In this document: positions 1 to 9,440 of the stretch, in pieces
Layout: every line of letters begins with the position of its first letter
Numbering within the stretch: position 1 is the first letter of the stretch
From: an uncultured Candidatus Binatia bacterium
Lineage (GTDB): Bacteria; Desulfobacterota; Binatia; UBA9968; JAJDTQ01
NCBI GenBank assembly: GCA_965213675.1
Contig: OZ243916.1
Coordinates: 3,168,001 to 3,232,000 of the forward strand
DNA length: 64,000 nucleotides
Direction of reading: 5' to 3'
Translations under genes and position numbers: made by a program
Notes under the pieces: model-generated
Seen by the model: the letters and a program-made list of their open reading frames with translations, nothing else
Told to the model about the DNA's origin: nothing
The model's database searches: none

Positions 1-1
1 C

Positions 2-1942
2 GGCGAGAAGGTGGCCGCGGTGTCCGCGGAGACCGAGGACGCGGCCGAGGAAGCCGCGGCGCTCATCGAGGTGGAGTACGAGGAACTGGACCCGGTGCTC
101 GATCCCGTGGAGGCCATGGAGTCCTCGGCGCCGCTGCTGCACCCGGAGGTCCACACCTACCAGGGGCTGCCGCAGAAACTCGACGGCCCCAGCAACCGGG
201 TCATCTACGTCGACTGGAAGAAGGGCGACATCGACAAGGGTTTCGCCGAGGCGGACGTTATCGTCGAGAACACGTTTACCACGCCCAAGGTGCACCAAGC
301 CTACATCGAACCCCACTCCTGCGTGGCCAAGACCGACCCGGAGACGGGCGCGGCCGAGATCTGGGCGTGCAGCAAGGTGCCCTACGGCATCCGCGGCCAG
401 GTGGCCAGAGCCGTGCAGGTGGCGCCGGAGTCCATCGTGGTGCACCCGTGCTACATTGGCGGCGACTTTGGCGGGAAGGGCGATTTCATGGACATCGCCC
501 TGTGCTATTCGCTGTCCAGGAAGAGCGGCGGGCGGCCGGTGAAGATCGTCATGGACTACGACGAGGAGTTCATCGCCGGGAATCCGCGCCACGCCTCCAT
601 CATCAAGGTGCGGACCGGGGCCAGGAAGGACGGCACCATCACCGCCCATCACATGGACTTCATCTTCGACACCGGCGCCTACTGCGCGTTCAAGCCCAAT
701 GGCATCCTCGGCGGACCGCAGAAGTCCCCCGGCCCCTACAACATGCCCAACACGTTCGTGGAAGAGCACATGGTGTACACCAACCAGGTGCCGTGCGGAC
801 ACATGCGCTCGCCCGGCGACCCGCAGGGGTTCTTCGCCAACGAGAGCCAGCTCGACCTGCTGGCGGAGAAGCTGGGCATGAACCCGGCGGAGTTGCGCAA
901 GAAGAACCTGCTGGAGGGCGTGCACGACTCGCCGGTGGGCGAGAAGATCGACTACGTGGGCTCCAACGCCGTGTTCGACAAGGCTCTCGAAGAGGTCAAG
1001 TACTATGAGCCCCGGCCCAGGAACGTGGGCAAGGGCATCGGCCTGGTGCAGTGGTCGGTGAACGGCGGCAAGGGGCTGGTGAAGTTCAGGCTCGACGACA
1101 CCGGCACCCTGACCGTGTCTTCAGCCATGCTGGACCAGGGCGTCGGCACCTTCACGCTGTTGGAGCAGATGGCGGAACAGGAGCTCAAGATCCCGGCCGA
1201 CAAGATCCGCTTCGAGCACTTCGACACCAGCGCCGGCATTCAGGACTCCGGCCTCGGCGGCAGCCGCGGCACCCGGGTCTACGGCAACGCCGGCTACGAC
1301 GGCATCATGAAGACACGGGAAGAACTGTTGGAGCACGGCGCCAATGCTCTGGACGCGCCCCGGGAAGACCTCGATCTCGCCGGCGGCCAGGTGGTGCACA
1401 AGGGCGCCGGCCGCGGCATCAGCTATGCCGATGTGGTCAAGGCCAAGGGCTCGGCCATCGAGACCGAGGGGCTTTATGACGACACCTCCAAGGTGGCCGA
1501 CGCCGCCATGTGCGCGCAGATCGCCGAGGTGGAGGTGGACCCCGAAACCGGCAACGTCGAGCTCAAGCGGCTGGTGACGAGCCACAGCACAGGGACCATC
1601 CTGAACCCGCTCATGCACCAGGGCCAGATCGAAGGGGCCAGCATGACCGGCATCGGCTACGGCCTGATGGAGCACCTCATGGTGGACGACGGCAAGGTCA
1701 CCACCGCCAACTTCGGCGACTACAAGATCCCCACCGTCCGGGACATCCCGGAACTGACCACCCTGGTGTCCGAGCACAAGCGCGGCCCCGGCCCCTACAA
1801 CAGCATGGCCATCGGCGAGACCGCCAACATCCCCACCGCCGGCGCCATTGCCAACGCCGTGGCCGACGCCTGCGGCGTCCGCATCACCTCGCTGCCCATC
1901 ACGTCCGAGAAAGTGTTCGAGGCGCTCCAGCGCAAGAGCTGA
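2..1942 (+). CDS. Xanthine dehydrogenase/CoxL-family molybdopterin-binding large subunit (5'-truncated by window edge)
   Basis: Motifs HQAYIEPHSC, IGGDFGGKG, MRSPG, DQGVGT, GQIEG, DYKIP, IGE, ANAVADA; reading frame is open from the window start (GEKVAAV). Confidence 0.92.
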   Translation, partial: GEKVAAVSAETEDAAEEAAALIEVEYEELDPVLDPVEAMESSAPLLHPEVHTYQGLPQKLDGPSNRVIYVDWKKGDIDKGFAEADVIVENTFTTPKVHQAYIEPHSCVAKTDPETGAAEIWACSKVPYGIRGQVARAVQVAPESIVVHPCYIGGDFGGKGDFMDIALCYSLSRKSGGRPVKIVMDYDEEFIAGNPRHASIIKVRTGARKDGTITAHHMDFIFDTGAYCAFKPNGILGGPQKSPGPYNMPNTFVEEHMVYTNQVPCGHMRSPGDPQGFFANESQLDLLAEKLGMNPAELRKKNLLEGVHDSPVGEKIDYVGSNAVFDKALEEVKYYEPRPRNVGKGIGLVQWSVNGGKGLVKFRLDDTGTLTVSSAMLDQGVGTFTLLEQMAEQELKIPADKIRFEHFDTSAGIQDSGLGGSRGTRVYGNAGYDGIMKTREELLEHGANALDAPREDLDLAGGQVVHKGAGRGISYADVVKAKGSAIETEGLYDDTSKVADAAMCAQIAEVEVDPETGNVELKRLVTSHSTGTILNPLMHQGQIEGASMTGIGYGLMEHLMVDDGKVTTANFGDYKIPTVRDIPELTTLVSEHKRGPGPYNSMAIGETANIPTAGAIANAVADACGVRITSLPITSEKVFEALQRKS

Positions 1943-1968
1943 ACGGCCGGACCGGACATACGCGACGC

Positions 1969-2027
1969 AAGAAGGGGCGGATCGGACTCTCGCGGCAACG
2001 GCGAGGGGACGGTCCGCCCCTTCTTTT
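1969..2027 (+). terminator. Probable intrinsic terminator
   Basis: Inverted repeat aagaaggggcggatcg ... cggtccgccccttctt ending in a short T run, just after the stop codon at 1942. Confidence 0.55.
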
Positions 2028-2177
2028 CGGCCAGTCCGCCGTTGCGGGTCCGGCGGGTCGTGACCTGGGAACCGCATCACATCGTCGATTTGCCAGGAAA
2101 GTTCGTCTTTTTTTGCAAATAGTGCCCTTGATAATCTTCAGAGTGGGTTATCATTATCCATAGGGAGGACGAATAGA

Positions 2178-2288
2178 ATGACCCACACACTCCTGCCGTT
2201 GAGAATTCATCCGGAGCATCTACGTCCGCTTGGCGGACAGAAGGGGTGTTTGCTTTCCCAGCTCGGAAGAAGGCGGCCGATGGGTTGA
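2178..2288 (+). CDS. Possible 36-aa leader ORF (MTHTLLPLRIHPEHLRPLGGQKGCLLSQLGRRRPMG)
   Basis: GGGAGG Shine-Dalgarno upstream of ATG 2178; below the ORF-track cutoff; no homology recognised. Confidence 0.2.
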   Translation: MTHTLLPLRIHPEHLRPLGGQKGCLLSQLGRRRPMG

Positions 2289-2394
2289 CCGAGGAGGTGC
2301 AGGAAGAGCCTTTCAGGAAACTCTCGCTTCGGAAACAGTCATGGAGGGTCCACAGAACGATCCGGCGGCAACCCGATTCAACGAAGGAGGGAGA

Positions 2395-2748
2395 ATGATT
2401 GAGCTTGATTATTCCCGGCATGCTCAAACTCGCATGCAACAGCGTGCCATCCCGCCCATCATCGTGGAATGGGTATTGGACTACGGTCGCGACTTGCGAC
2501 ACCAAGGGGCGTCCGTCTACTTCCTCAACCGAGAGGATCGGTACAGACTCAAGCGGGAAATTGGTGAGAAGTCTTATGCGCGGATGGAAAATCGACTTGG
2601 CGCTTATGTCGTGATTTCCGATGGGGGCTCCATCATCACGGTGGGGCGGCGTTATCGGCGGTTCAAGCAGGCGACGAACCATTTCAGTGGATGGCGTGGT
2701 TCAACCCGGCGTCCTCGAAGGAGGAGCAGGCACGTCCGGCCTTCCTGA
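2395..2748 (+). CDS. DUF4258-like small protein
   Basis: SD GGAGG before ATG 2395; YSRHAQTRMQQRAI...VLDYG...IITV pattern; lower GC than flanks. Confidence 0.7.
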   Translation: MIELDYSRHAQTRMQQRAIPPIIVEWVLDYGRDLRHQGASVYFLNREDRYRLKREIGEKSYARMENRLGAYVVISDGGSIITVGRRYRRFKQATNHFSGWRGSTRRPRRRSRHVRPS

Positions 2749-2772
2749 ACCCCCCGGCTCCAGTATCCTGTC

Positions 2773-2799
2773 GTAGGGGCGACCGGCGGTCGCCCCTAC
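2773..2799. repeat. GTAG-type REP palindrome
   Basis: gtaggggcgacc-ggc-ggtcgcccctac perfect inverted repeat between convergent genes; related copies near 27193 and 54061. Confidence 0.7.
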
Positions 2800-2850
2800 C
2801 CGCCCCATTCCCATGCCTTGCGGCACGTTCCCGACTATTCGGACAGGCTC

Positions 2851-3240
2851 CTAATTCAGCGAATGTGGCTCGCCGAGCAGGAATTCGCCGATCTGGGCGT
2901 CGAAGCGGTCGCCGCCAGCGGTCACCATCTGGTACGTCCCGTGCATGGTGCCGTAGGGGGTGGTGAGGGGGCAACCGGATGTGTACTCGAAGGACTGGCC
3001 TTCTTCCAGGACGGGGCTTTCGCCGACGACGCCGGGTCCCTTGACTTCCTCCACGTTCCCGGTGGCGTCGGTGATGATCCAGTGACGGCTTACGAGCTGC
3101 ACGGTCTCCGAGCCCTCGTTGCTGATCTCCACGGTGTAGAGATAGAACCAGCGATTGTGCTCGGGGAACGAGCGGTTGGGGTCGTACTGGGTCGTGACGT
3201 CCACCCGGACGCCGCGCGTGACGGCCGTTGAGCTACCCAA
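2851..3240 (-). CDS. apaG: ApaG/CorD protein
   Basis: YLYTVEISNEG, VQLVSRHWIITD, GPGVVGESP, FEYTSGC, GTMHGTYQM. Confidence 0.95.
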   Translation of the reverse strand: MGSSTAVTRGVRVDVTTQYDPNRSFPEHNRWFYLYTVEISNEGSETVQLVSRHWIITDATGNVEEVKGPGVVGESPVLEEGQSFEYTSGCPLTTPYGTMHGTYQMVTAGGDRFDAQIGEFLLGEPHSLN

Positions 3241-3258
3241 GGGAACCTCCCTGATGAT

Positions 3259-4509
3259 TCATTTCGTGGATTCCCCGCACACCGAGATGATGGCGAGGGC
3301 GTAAACCTTGGTGGCGGCCACCAGGTCGTCGATCTTCATGGCGCGGTTCTGGTGCGGGCTGATGGTTTCCCTTTGCCGGGGCGGGCCGTAGCACACTGCC
3401 GGGATGCCCACCTCGTTGAATACGTTCATGTCCCGCCACATGCTCATTTCGGCGGAGGGCGGCGCCGGGGGGTCCCCGCCCAGCACGTCGCGGTGGGCCT
3501 GGTCGAGGGCGTCCATCAGCACGTCGGCACTCCGCGCCACGTGGCCGCGGGAATACTGATAGACCGACACTTCGGAGTCGAAGTCCAGAGTCGCCATCAC
3601 GCCTTCGATCTCCCGCCGGATCTCCTGGGGATCGGTTCTGGGGACGATGCGCACGTCGTAGTAGATGTCGCAATAGCCCGGGCCGCCGCGAACGTTCATT
3701 ACCTGGGCCTTGGGGATCATGGTGCCGCCCGGAAACTCGAAGCGCGCCTTCTGCTCGTAGTCGATGGCCCATTGCTCCAGCGCCATGATTGCGTGGGCCA
3801 TCTTGAGGAACGGGTTGGGGTGCGACCGCAGGGATTCGCCCCTTTGCAACCGGGGGGTATAGGTTTCGCGCCCCTTGCAGCGGATCTTGAGCCACACCGC
3901 GCCGCATTCACCGGTGATGATGCCGAATCCCGAGGTTTCGCCCACGAGGCAGTAGTCCGCGGTGATGCCGCGGTCGATGAGCCACTTGGCGCCGAACCCC
4001 TCGCCCGGAAAATTCACACCCTGGGTGCCGTCCACCGACGGCTCGCCGGTCTCGAAGGCTACGCCGGTGACGTAGAGATCGCCGTCGAGCACGACGCCGG
4101 CCTTTTTGAGCGCCCGGGCGGCGATCATGAAGGCGCAGAGTTGGGCCTTGTCGTTGATGAGCCCCTTGCCGTACATCAGTTCGCCGTCTACCCAGGCCCC
4201 TTCCATGCGGATGTCCGCTTCCGGCGCATCGGCCGGCAGTTCGGGGCCGGTGTCCATGTGGGCGTTGAGGATGAGGCTGGACCCGCCGCCGGCGCCGGGG
4301 ATCGTCCCTACTGCGTTGACGCTCTCATCGGTGATCCACTGAAGCCAGGCGTCGATGCCGTTCTCCTTGAGCCACGCCACCACGGCCTCGCCCAATGCCC
4401 GTTCCTGGGCGTGGGGGCTGGGCGTGCCGCCCAACTCAAGGCACAACCGGACCAACTCGTCCCGGTCGCCGTCAATGATGTCCTTTATCCGGTTGGCACT
4501 GTCGCTCAT
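3259..4509 (-). CDS. M20/ArgE-DapE-family metallopeptidase/deacylase
   Basis: LILNAHMDT, GKGLINDKA, AFET, LVGETS, PAVCYGP. Confidence 0.85.
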   Translation of the reverse strand: MSDSANRIKDIIDGDRDELVRLCLELGGTPSPHAQERALGEAVVAWLKENGIDAWLQWITDESVNAVGTIPGAGGGSSLILNAHMDTGPELPADAPEADIRMEGAWVDGELMYGKGLINDKAQLCAFMIAARALKKAGVVLDGDLYVTGVAFETGEPSVDGTQGVNFPGEGFGAKWLIDRGITADYCLVGETSGFGIITGECGAVWLKIRCKGRETYTPRLQRGESLRSHPNPFLKMAHAIMALEQWAIDYEQKARFEFPGGTMIPKAQVMNVRGGPGYCDIYYDVRIVPRTDPQEIRREIEGVMATLDFDSEVSVYQYSRGHVARSADVLMDALDQAHRDVLGGDPPAPPSAEMSMWRDMNVFNEVGIPAVCYGPPRQRETISPHQNRAMKIDDLVAATKVYALAIISVCGESTK

Positions 4510-4614
4510 GGGCTCTATTCATAATAGAGCGCCCCTTGGACTTCAAGGAACGCACGATTCCAGGGACGCGATCCGGTATACGGAGGGCGGGGAAGGGGCT
4601 GTCCGACGACGCCC

Positions 4615-4682
4615 CCGGACCCCATATCTCGTCAATAGTCGGATGCTCCCTCGTCCGTCATCCCGTTTTGCGGGAATGACAG
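4615..4682. repeat. CGTC-type REP-like repeat (second family)
   Basis: ccggacccc..atctcg..cggatgctccc..gtcatcccg..cgggaatgac; alignable by eye with 23176-23248. Confidence 0.55.
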
Positions 4683-4758
4683 CCTTGCCCGCCCCGTGCG
4701 TGCTCGCCACACACCCGCCGATTTGCTACACGGGCAGGAACATCGAGGGAGGACGAAC

Positions 4759-5736
4759 ATGGCGCAACAACGACCGAATTCACGAATGAAGCGTGTGCGG
4801 GCGATGCTGGAGATCGCGGCGGGCGTCTACCCGGAGCGCATGCTCGAGATGGGTGTGGGCCTCGACATCAACCTTCACTCCAGCAAGGAGGAGGACCATA
4901 TCTTTCCGCCGCTCCGGTTCGGCGTCCATGGCGCGTTGATGGGCGGCATGAAAGCCCCCATCGAAGTGGGCAAGCGCCGGGTGGACGTTTCCCACGTGAA
5001 CCCCTCGGTCATCGCCACCATGGCGTATCGCGGCAAGGGCTATTACAAGGAAGCGTTGCCCCTGCGCGCCCTCGCCTGCTTTCCCTCCTGGGACCGCATC
5101 GCCATGGTCGTGGCCAAGGATCTCGGGGTGCGATCGCTGCGGGAAGTGGTGGCAAACAAGATCCCGCTGAAAGTCTCCACCCGCACGTCCGGCATTGACA
5201 ACTCCACCGCCTACGCCATCACCACCATCATGTCCCTCTACGGATTGACCTTCACCAGGATCAAGCGCTGGGGCGGTCAGGTGGACGAGTGCGCCCATCC
5301 CTCCTCGCCCAAGCGCATCGAGTCCATACGCGCCCGGACCGTGAACGCCGTGTTCGACGAGGGCCTGTCCACCAAGTGGCTGGAGGCCGCGCTGGAGAAC
5401 GGCTACGAAGTGCTGCACCTCGACGAGGACGTCATCGCCGGCATGGAAGATCTGGGCTTCAAGCGCGCCGTGATCCCCAAGCGCCGCTTCCCGGGCATGA
5501 AGGAAGACGCGCGCACGGTGGACTTCAGCGGCTGGCCCGTCATCACCCACAAGTGGCTCAGCGACGACATGGCCTACTCCCTGTGCCAGGCCATCTACCG
5601 CCGCCGCCGCAACATCCCGGTGGACGCCCCGCGCCTGAACGTCCGCCAAGCCTGCCGCGACACCGACGCCGGCCCCATCGGCATCCCACTGCATCCGGGG
5701 GCGCAGCGGTTCTATGAGGACATGGGGTTCCTGTAG
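4759..5736 (+). CDS. TAXI-family TRAP solute-binding protein (orphan)
   Basis: SD GGAGG; PLRALA motif and C-terminal IPLHPGAQRFYED signature. Confidence 0.8.
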   Translation: MAQQRPNSRMKRVRAMLEIAAGVYPERMLEMGVGLDINLHSSKEEDHIFPPLRFGVHGALMGGMKAPIEVGKRRVDVSHVNPSVIATMAYRGKGYYKEALPLRALACFPSWDRIAMVVAKDLGVRSLREVVANKIPLKVSTRTSGIDNSTAYAITTIMSLYGLTFTRIKRWGGQVDECAHPSSPKRIESIRARTVNAVFDEGLSTKWLEAALENGYEVLHLDEDVIAGMEDLGFKRAVIPKRRFPGMKEDARTVDFSGWPVITHKWLSDDMAYSLCQAIYRRRRNIPVDAPRLNVRQACRDTDAGPIGIPLHPGAQRFYEDMGFL

Positions 5737-5822
5737 GCGGAGGGTGCGGCGACGGGCGGGACGGGTCTTGGGGGCTATTTTGCGAATCTGATCGCGTATG
5801 GGCTGAGCATCGATTTCCTCCT

Positions 5823-6125
5823 GTGAAGATACGACGAGCCATTGACCGTCAATCCAACGCCAGGAGCCGTGCCCTCCGGCGCTTCATGGAGCGCGGCGAC
5901 CCGCGGCGCATCCACCCCGAGCACCGGGAAGCCGTACGCGACATCCTGGTGCGCCTCAACGCGTCCGCGACCCCGGACGACATGGACCTGCCGGGGTTCC
6001 GGCTGCATCGGCTCAGCGGCGAATATGCCGGCTTCTGGGCGGTGACGGTCCGTGCCAACTGGCGGGTCATTTTCCGGTTTGACGAAGGCCACGCCGCTGA
6101 TGTCGACTATCTGGACTACCACTAG
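5823..6125 (+). CDS. higB: HigB-family (RelE/ParE superfamily) toxin
   Basis: [10 protein letters not shown]...[16 protein letters not shown]...VDYLDYH; toxin-first order with higA. Confidence 0.88.
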   Translation: MKIRRAIDRQSNARSRALRRFMERGDPRRIHPEHREAVRDILVRLNASATPDDMDLPGFRLHRLSGEYAGFWAVTVRANWRVIFRFDEGHAADVDYLDYH

Positions 6126-6132
6126 AAAGGCA

Positions 6133-6462
6133 ATGTCCATGCTCATGCACGATCCGCCCCATCCGGGCGCATTCATCCGGCGCCAGTGCCTGGAACCCCT
6201 GAGTCTGACGGTGACCGAGGCCGCCAAAGGGCTCGCGGTATCGCGCAACACGCTGTCCATGTTGCTCAACGGCCGTCTGGGCATATCCCCCGAAATGGCC
6301 ATCCGGTTGTCGGAGGCCTTCGGCGGCAGCCCCGAGAGCTGGTTGACCCAGCAGATGCAGTACGACCTCTGGCACGCGCAGCATGACCGCAAGCCGGTCG
6401 AGGTCAGGAGGTTCGCCGTCCCTTCGGCCGCTCGATTGAGGAGAAACTCAGGTCATATTTGA
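6133..6462 (+). CDS. higA: HigA-family antitoxin; last ~16 codons derive from the repeat element
   Basis: PPHPG...[14 protein letters not shown]...ISPEMAIRL...PESWL..Q..YDL. Confidence 0.92.
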   Translation: MSMLMHDPPHPGAFIRRQCLEPLSLTVTEAAKGLAVSRNTLSMLLNGRLGISPEMAIRLSEAFGGSPESWLTQQMQYDLWHAQHDRKPVEVRRFAVPSAARLRRNSGHI

Positions 6463-6530
6463 CGAAATCGAGCAGCCGAAGGGACGGATGATAGCGGATT
6501 TGCAGCAGTGAATTCCTACGGCGCAAGCTC
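6413..6530. mobile_element. MITE-like palindromic element, copy A (one outer arm missing)
   Basis: Inner IR ccgtcccttcggccgctcgat / atcgagcagccgaagggacgg, 30-bp core 6437-6466, right arm ending cctacggcgcaagctc; homologous to 29730-29888 and 46619-46777. Confidence 0.8.
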
Positions 6531-6905
6531 TGAGGCCTCGGCCACGGTCAACGTCATGCGCCGCCCCTGGACCACACGGACCTCCGCGCCGGCGGGTATC
6601 GCGCGGGCGCCTGGCGCGGAGCGGGCACGCCACAACTCCCCGTTCACGTAGACGTACCCGGCAGGGTCCAAGGTGTCCCGTGCCACGCCGCGCAAGCCTA
6701 CGAGCCGAGCGGCGCCGGTGGCTTCCAGTTGGTAGGCCTTGCGCAGGAACGGGTAGCAGATCACGTCCTTCACCACCACGACGCCCACGATGGTGAGCGC
6801 CGCCCACATGGGTAGGCCCAGCCACGCGTGCAGGACGGTCGCGAGCCCGGCAGCCAGGAGCCAGCCGGGGATCTGGAATAGATAGTAGCGGGTGACGGTC
6901 CGCAC
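6516..6905 (-). CDS. NfeD-like (C-terminal OB-fold) membrane protein
   Basis: Two hydrophobic helices, then LVGLRGVA...GYVYVNGELWRA...VRVV...LTV; this is the real 3' part of ORF 6516-7880; GTG start inferred. Confidence 0.8.
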   Translation of the reverse strand: MRTVTRYYLFQIPGWLLAAGLATVLHAWLGLPMWAALTIVGVVVVKDVICYPFLRKAYQLEATGAARLVGLRGVARDTLDPAGYVYVNGELWRARSAPGARAIPAGAEVRVVQGRRMTLTVAEASELAP

Positions 6906-7000
6906 TGGCGCGTGTCTCGTTCGCCAGAGGGCCCGTTGGAGGAGTGGCGAAGCGGGTGCTTGATTCGCGGCGATTCGACGACTTCGAACGGCTCCTGAAG

Positions 7001-7981
7001 CTACATGGCGCCGGCGAACAGACGCAGGGTCTCGCCGCGGTCGGCGTCGCCCACGTTGTAGGGGATGATCGCCACCTGATTGATGGGACTGCGCTTGAGT
7101 TCCTCGACCTTGGCGCGGCACTCGTCGGGGGTGCCGGCGACGGCGAACTTGTCCACCAGCCAGTCCGGGATCACTCGCGCCTGGGCGGCGAGCGGGTTCA
7201 TGTGCTGGTAGTAGTTGTAGGCGTTGCGGATGTCGTCCAGGACCTTCTGCTCTTGTTCGTTCAGGGTGAAGGGCAGCGGGTGGGCGATGACCCGGGCGAC
7301 GTGGGCCTTGACCACGTCCTTGGCTCCGGGGTTCTCGGACACCGCGCACGGCACCCACAACACCAGGTCGATGTCGGAGAGCTTGCGACCCGCCGACTCC
7401 GCTCCGGCCGCGATTCGCTCTACCGCTCTGTCGATAGCGCCGGAATCCACCCCCACGAGGATGATGACGCCGTCGGCGATGCGCCCGGACAACTCCAGCA
7501 TTTTCGGACCGCTGGCGGCCGCGTAGAACGGGATCTTCCGGTTCTGCGCAAAGTTGAGGTGTATCTTGCTGCCGCTCTCCAGCTCGGCTTCGCCGCCCTC
7601 GATGACGGCGCGCATCTGCGCCACCGCCGCCTCGAACTCCGCAAGCCGCGCCTGCTTGCGGCCCATGGTCTCCAGGGAGCTGTCGCCGAGGCCGATGCCC
7701 ACGGCGAACCGTCCCGGCGCCAGTTCGTCCAGGGTCGCGTAGCCGCTGGCCAGCACCGAGGGGTGCCGCGTGACCGGGTTGGTGACGCCGGTGCCGATGA
7801 TGACCTTGGAGGTGTTGAGCGCCACCGCGGCCATGTTCACGAACGCCTCTCGCCAGATGAGGTGCGAGTCGCCGACCCATATGTGGCTATAGCCCAGATC
7901 TTCCGCCTGCTTGCTGAGGTGGATGATGCGCGACATGGATTCCGTGGGGAACATGCCCACGCCATACTGTAATGAACTCAC
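7001..7981 (-). CDS. LLM-class flavin/F420-dependent oxidoreductase (Mer-like)
   Basis: WVGDSH, GTGVTNPVTRHP, GIGLGD, AASGPKMLELSGRIADGVI, GTPDEC. Confidence 0.9.
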   Translation of the reverse strand: MSSLQYGVGMFPTESMSRIIHLSKQAEDLGYSHIWVGDSHLIWREAFVNMAAVALNTSKVIIGTGVTNPVTRHPSVLASGYATLDELAPGRFAVGIGLGDSSLETMGRKQARLAEFEAAVAQMRAVIEGGEAELESGSKIHLNFAQNRKIPFYAAASGPKMLELSGRIADGVIILVGVDSGAIDRAVERIAAGAESAGRKLSDIDLVLWVPCAVSENPGAKDVVKAHVARVIAHPLPFTLNEQEQKVLDDIRNAYNYYQHMNPLAAQARVIPDWLVDKFAVAGTPDECRAKVEELKRSPINQVAIIPYNVGDADRGETLRLFAGAM

Positions 7982-8111
7982 CGGGCAACCTCCTTGGGCG
8001 ATAGTTGCATCATGGCCTCTCAGGCCTACCTTTCCCCATGTTTACAACGGGTTATGTTCACTCACCCCAAAGTCCAAGTTCCGGCCCTGGCAGCCAGGCG
8101 ACAGCCTCTGG

Positions 8112-9281
8112 CTACCCGCTGATCACCACGCCCCGCTCCGGCGGCGGCGTCTGCTGGCTCCGGCCCGCCACGGTCAGTTCGCCGTCGATCATCACCACGG
8201 AGATGCCCGGCAGGTCGCCCTTGGCGAAGGAGTCCAGGGCGTCAATGGACACCGAGCCGGTGATGCGGTCCATGATCACCAGGTCCGCGGGCCGGCCCTC
8301 GGCGATGATGCCGAAATCGAGGCCGTGGGCGCGGCCGGTGTTGCCCGTGGCCATGGCCACGGCGTGCTCTGGCGCGATACCGCCGAGGGAGGCCAGAAAG
8401 CACATTTCGCGCAGGATGCCCCGGGGGACCACCCCGGTGCCGCCCGGCGTGTCCGTGCCCACCAGCACCCGGGCCTCGGCTCCGCATTGCCGGACCGCGT
8501 CCGCCAGCACCATGCCCATGCGCAGGTTGCCGGAAGTGCAGATCTCGACGTAGTACTCGGTCTCGGCCACGATGCGGCGCAGGTCTTCTTCCGGCATGGG
8601 GATGGGGCCGCCGGTGCTGTGGCCGATGACGTCGGGGTCGATGGCCTTGACGATGTCCACCCCCGCCACCTGGCTCACGCCGGAGCGGGAGACACCGCCG
8701 GAATGGATCTTGACCTTGATGTCCCGCGCCCTGGCCCACTTCACGTAGCGCTCCGCCTCGCCCGTGGGCAAGAGGCTGTAGTCGTAGAAGATGAACTTGA
8801 CCAGCCGGACACCCGCCTCGGCGATGGTATCGAAGTCCTTCTCTTCCAGGCCCGGCACCAGCAGCAGCGTGCCGCCGTGCACCCGGACGCCGGTGGGCCG
8901 CAGGTTGTCCCAGCAGCGCTTGGCGACGATGGAAAGCGATACCGCGCATAGCGGGTCCGGCGGCAGCGGCAGCCCGGGCACATGCAGCTCCCCGGCGGAA
9001 ATGATGGAGGTGACCCCGCCGTGCATGTAGTGGGTGATCCATCCCATGGAATTCTGGGCCGGCGTGAAGTTGCCGAAGGTGGGATGGGAATGCGAGTCGA
9101 TGAGGCCTGGGACCACCGTGGTGCCATTGGCGTCGATGGTGCGGTCCACGTTGCCGCCCAGGCCGTTACCGACTTCCTGGATGACGCCGTCCGCCACGAG
9201 GATGGAGTCGGCGTCCCGGAGGGGGTCCTCCAGCATCCCGGTGGCCAGAGTCCCGATGTTCTTGATCAGCGTTGTGGACAT
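8112..9281 (-). CDS. Enamidase-like amidohydrolase
   Basis: MSTTLIKNIG, PGLIDSHSH, HGGVTSIISAG, RPTGVRVHGG, HSGG, GTDTPGGTG, SQQTPP; closely resembles my recollection of Eubacterium barkeri enamidase. Confidence 0.8.
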   Translation of the reverse strand: MSTTLIKNIGTLATGMLEDPLRDADSILVADGVIQEVGNGLGGNVDRTIDANGTTVVPGLIDSHSHPTFGNFTPAQNSMGWITHYMHGGVTSIISAGELHVPGLPLPPDPLCAVSLSIVAKRCWDNLRPTGVRVHGGTLLLVPGLEEKDFDTIAEAGVRLVKFIFYDYSLLPTGEAERYVKWARARDIKVKIHSGGVSRSGVSQVAGVDIVKAIDPDVIGHSTGGPIPMPEEDLRRIVAETEYYVEICTSGNLRMGMVLADAVRQCGAEARVLVGTDTPGGTGVVPRGILREMCFLASLGGIAPEHAVAMATGNTGRAHGLDFGIIAEGRPADLVIMDRITGSVSIDALDSFAKGDLPGISVVMIDGELTVAGRSQQTPPPERGVVISG

Positions 9282-9440
9282 GTACGGACGGCCCCTTTGC
9301 GGCAGAGATTCAGATTCAGGACCGTAGCACAGAAAACTGTCAAATTCAGGCACCGCGCCGTCACCGAGGACCTCGCCGCCACTCCGCACCGCCGCCCTTT
9401 GGTGACGGGACCCGTCCACGGCGAACGGGTCCTTCCCGGC

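Noticed and set aside
6906-7880. 5' part of the 454-aa ORF 6516-7880
   Set aside because: Arg/Gly-rich off-frame overlap with the LLM gene; only 6516-6905 looks like a real NfeD-type protein
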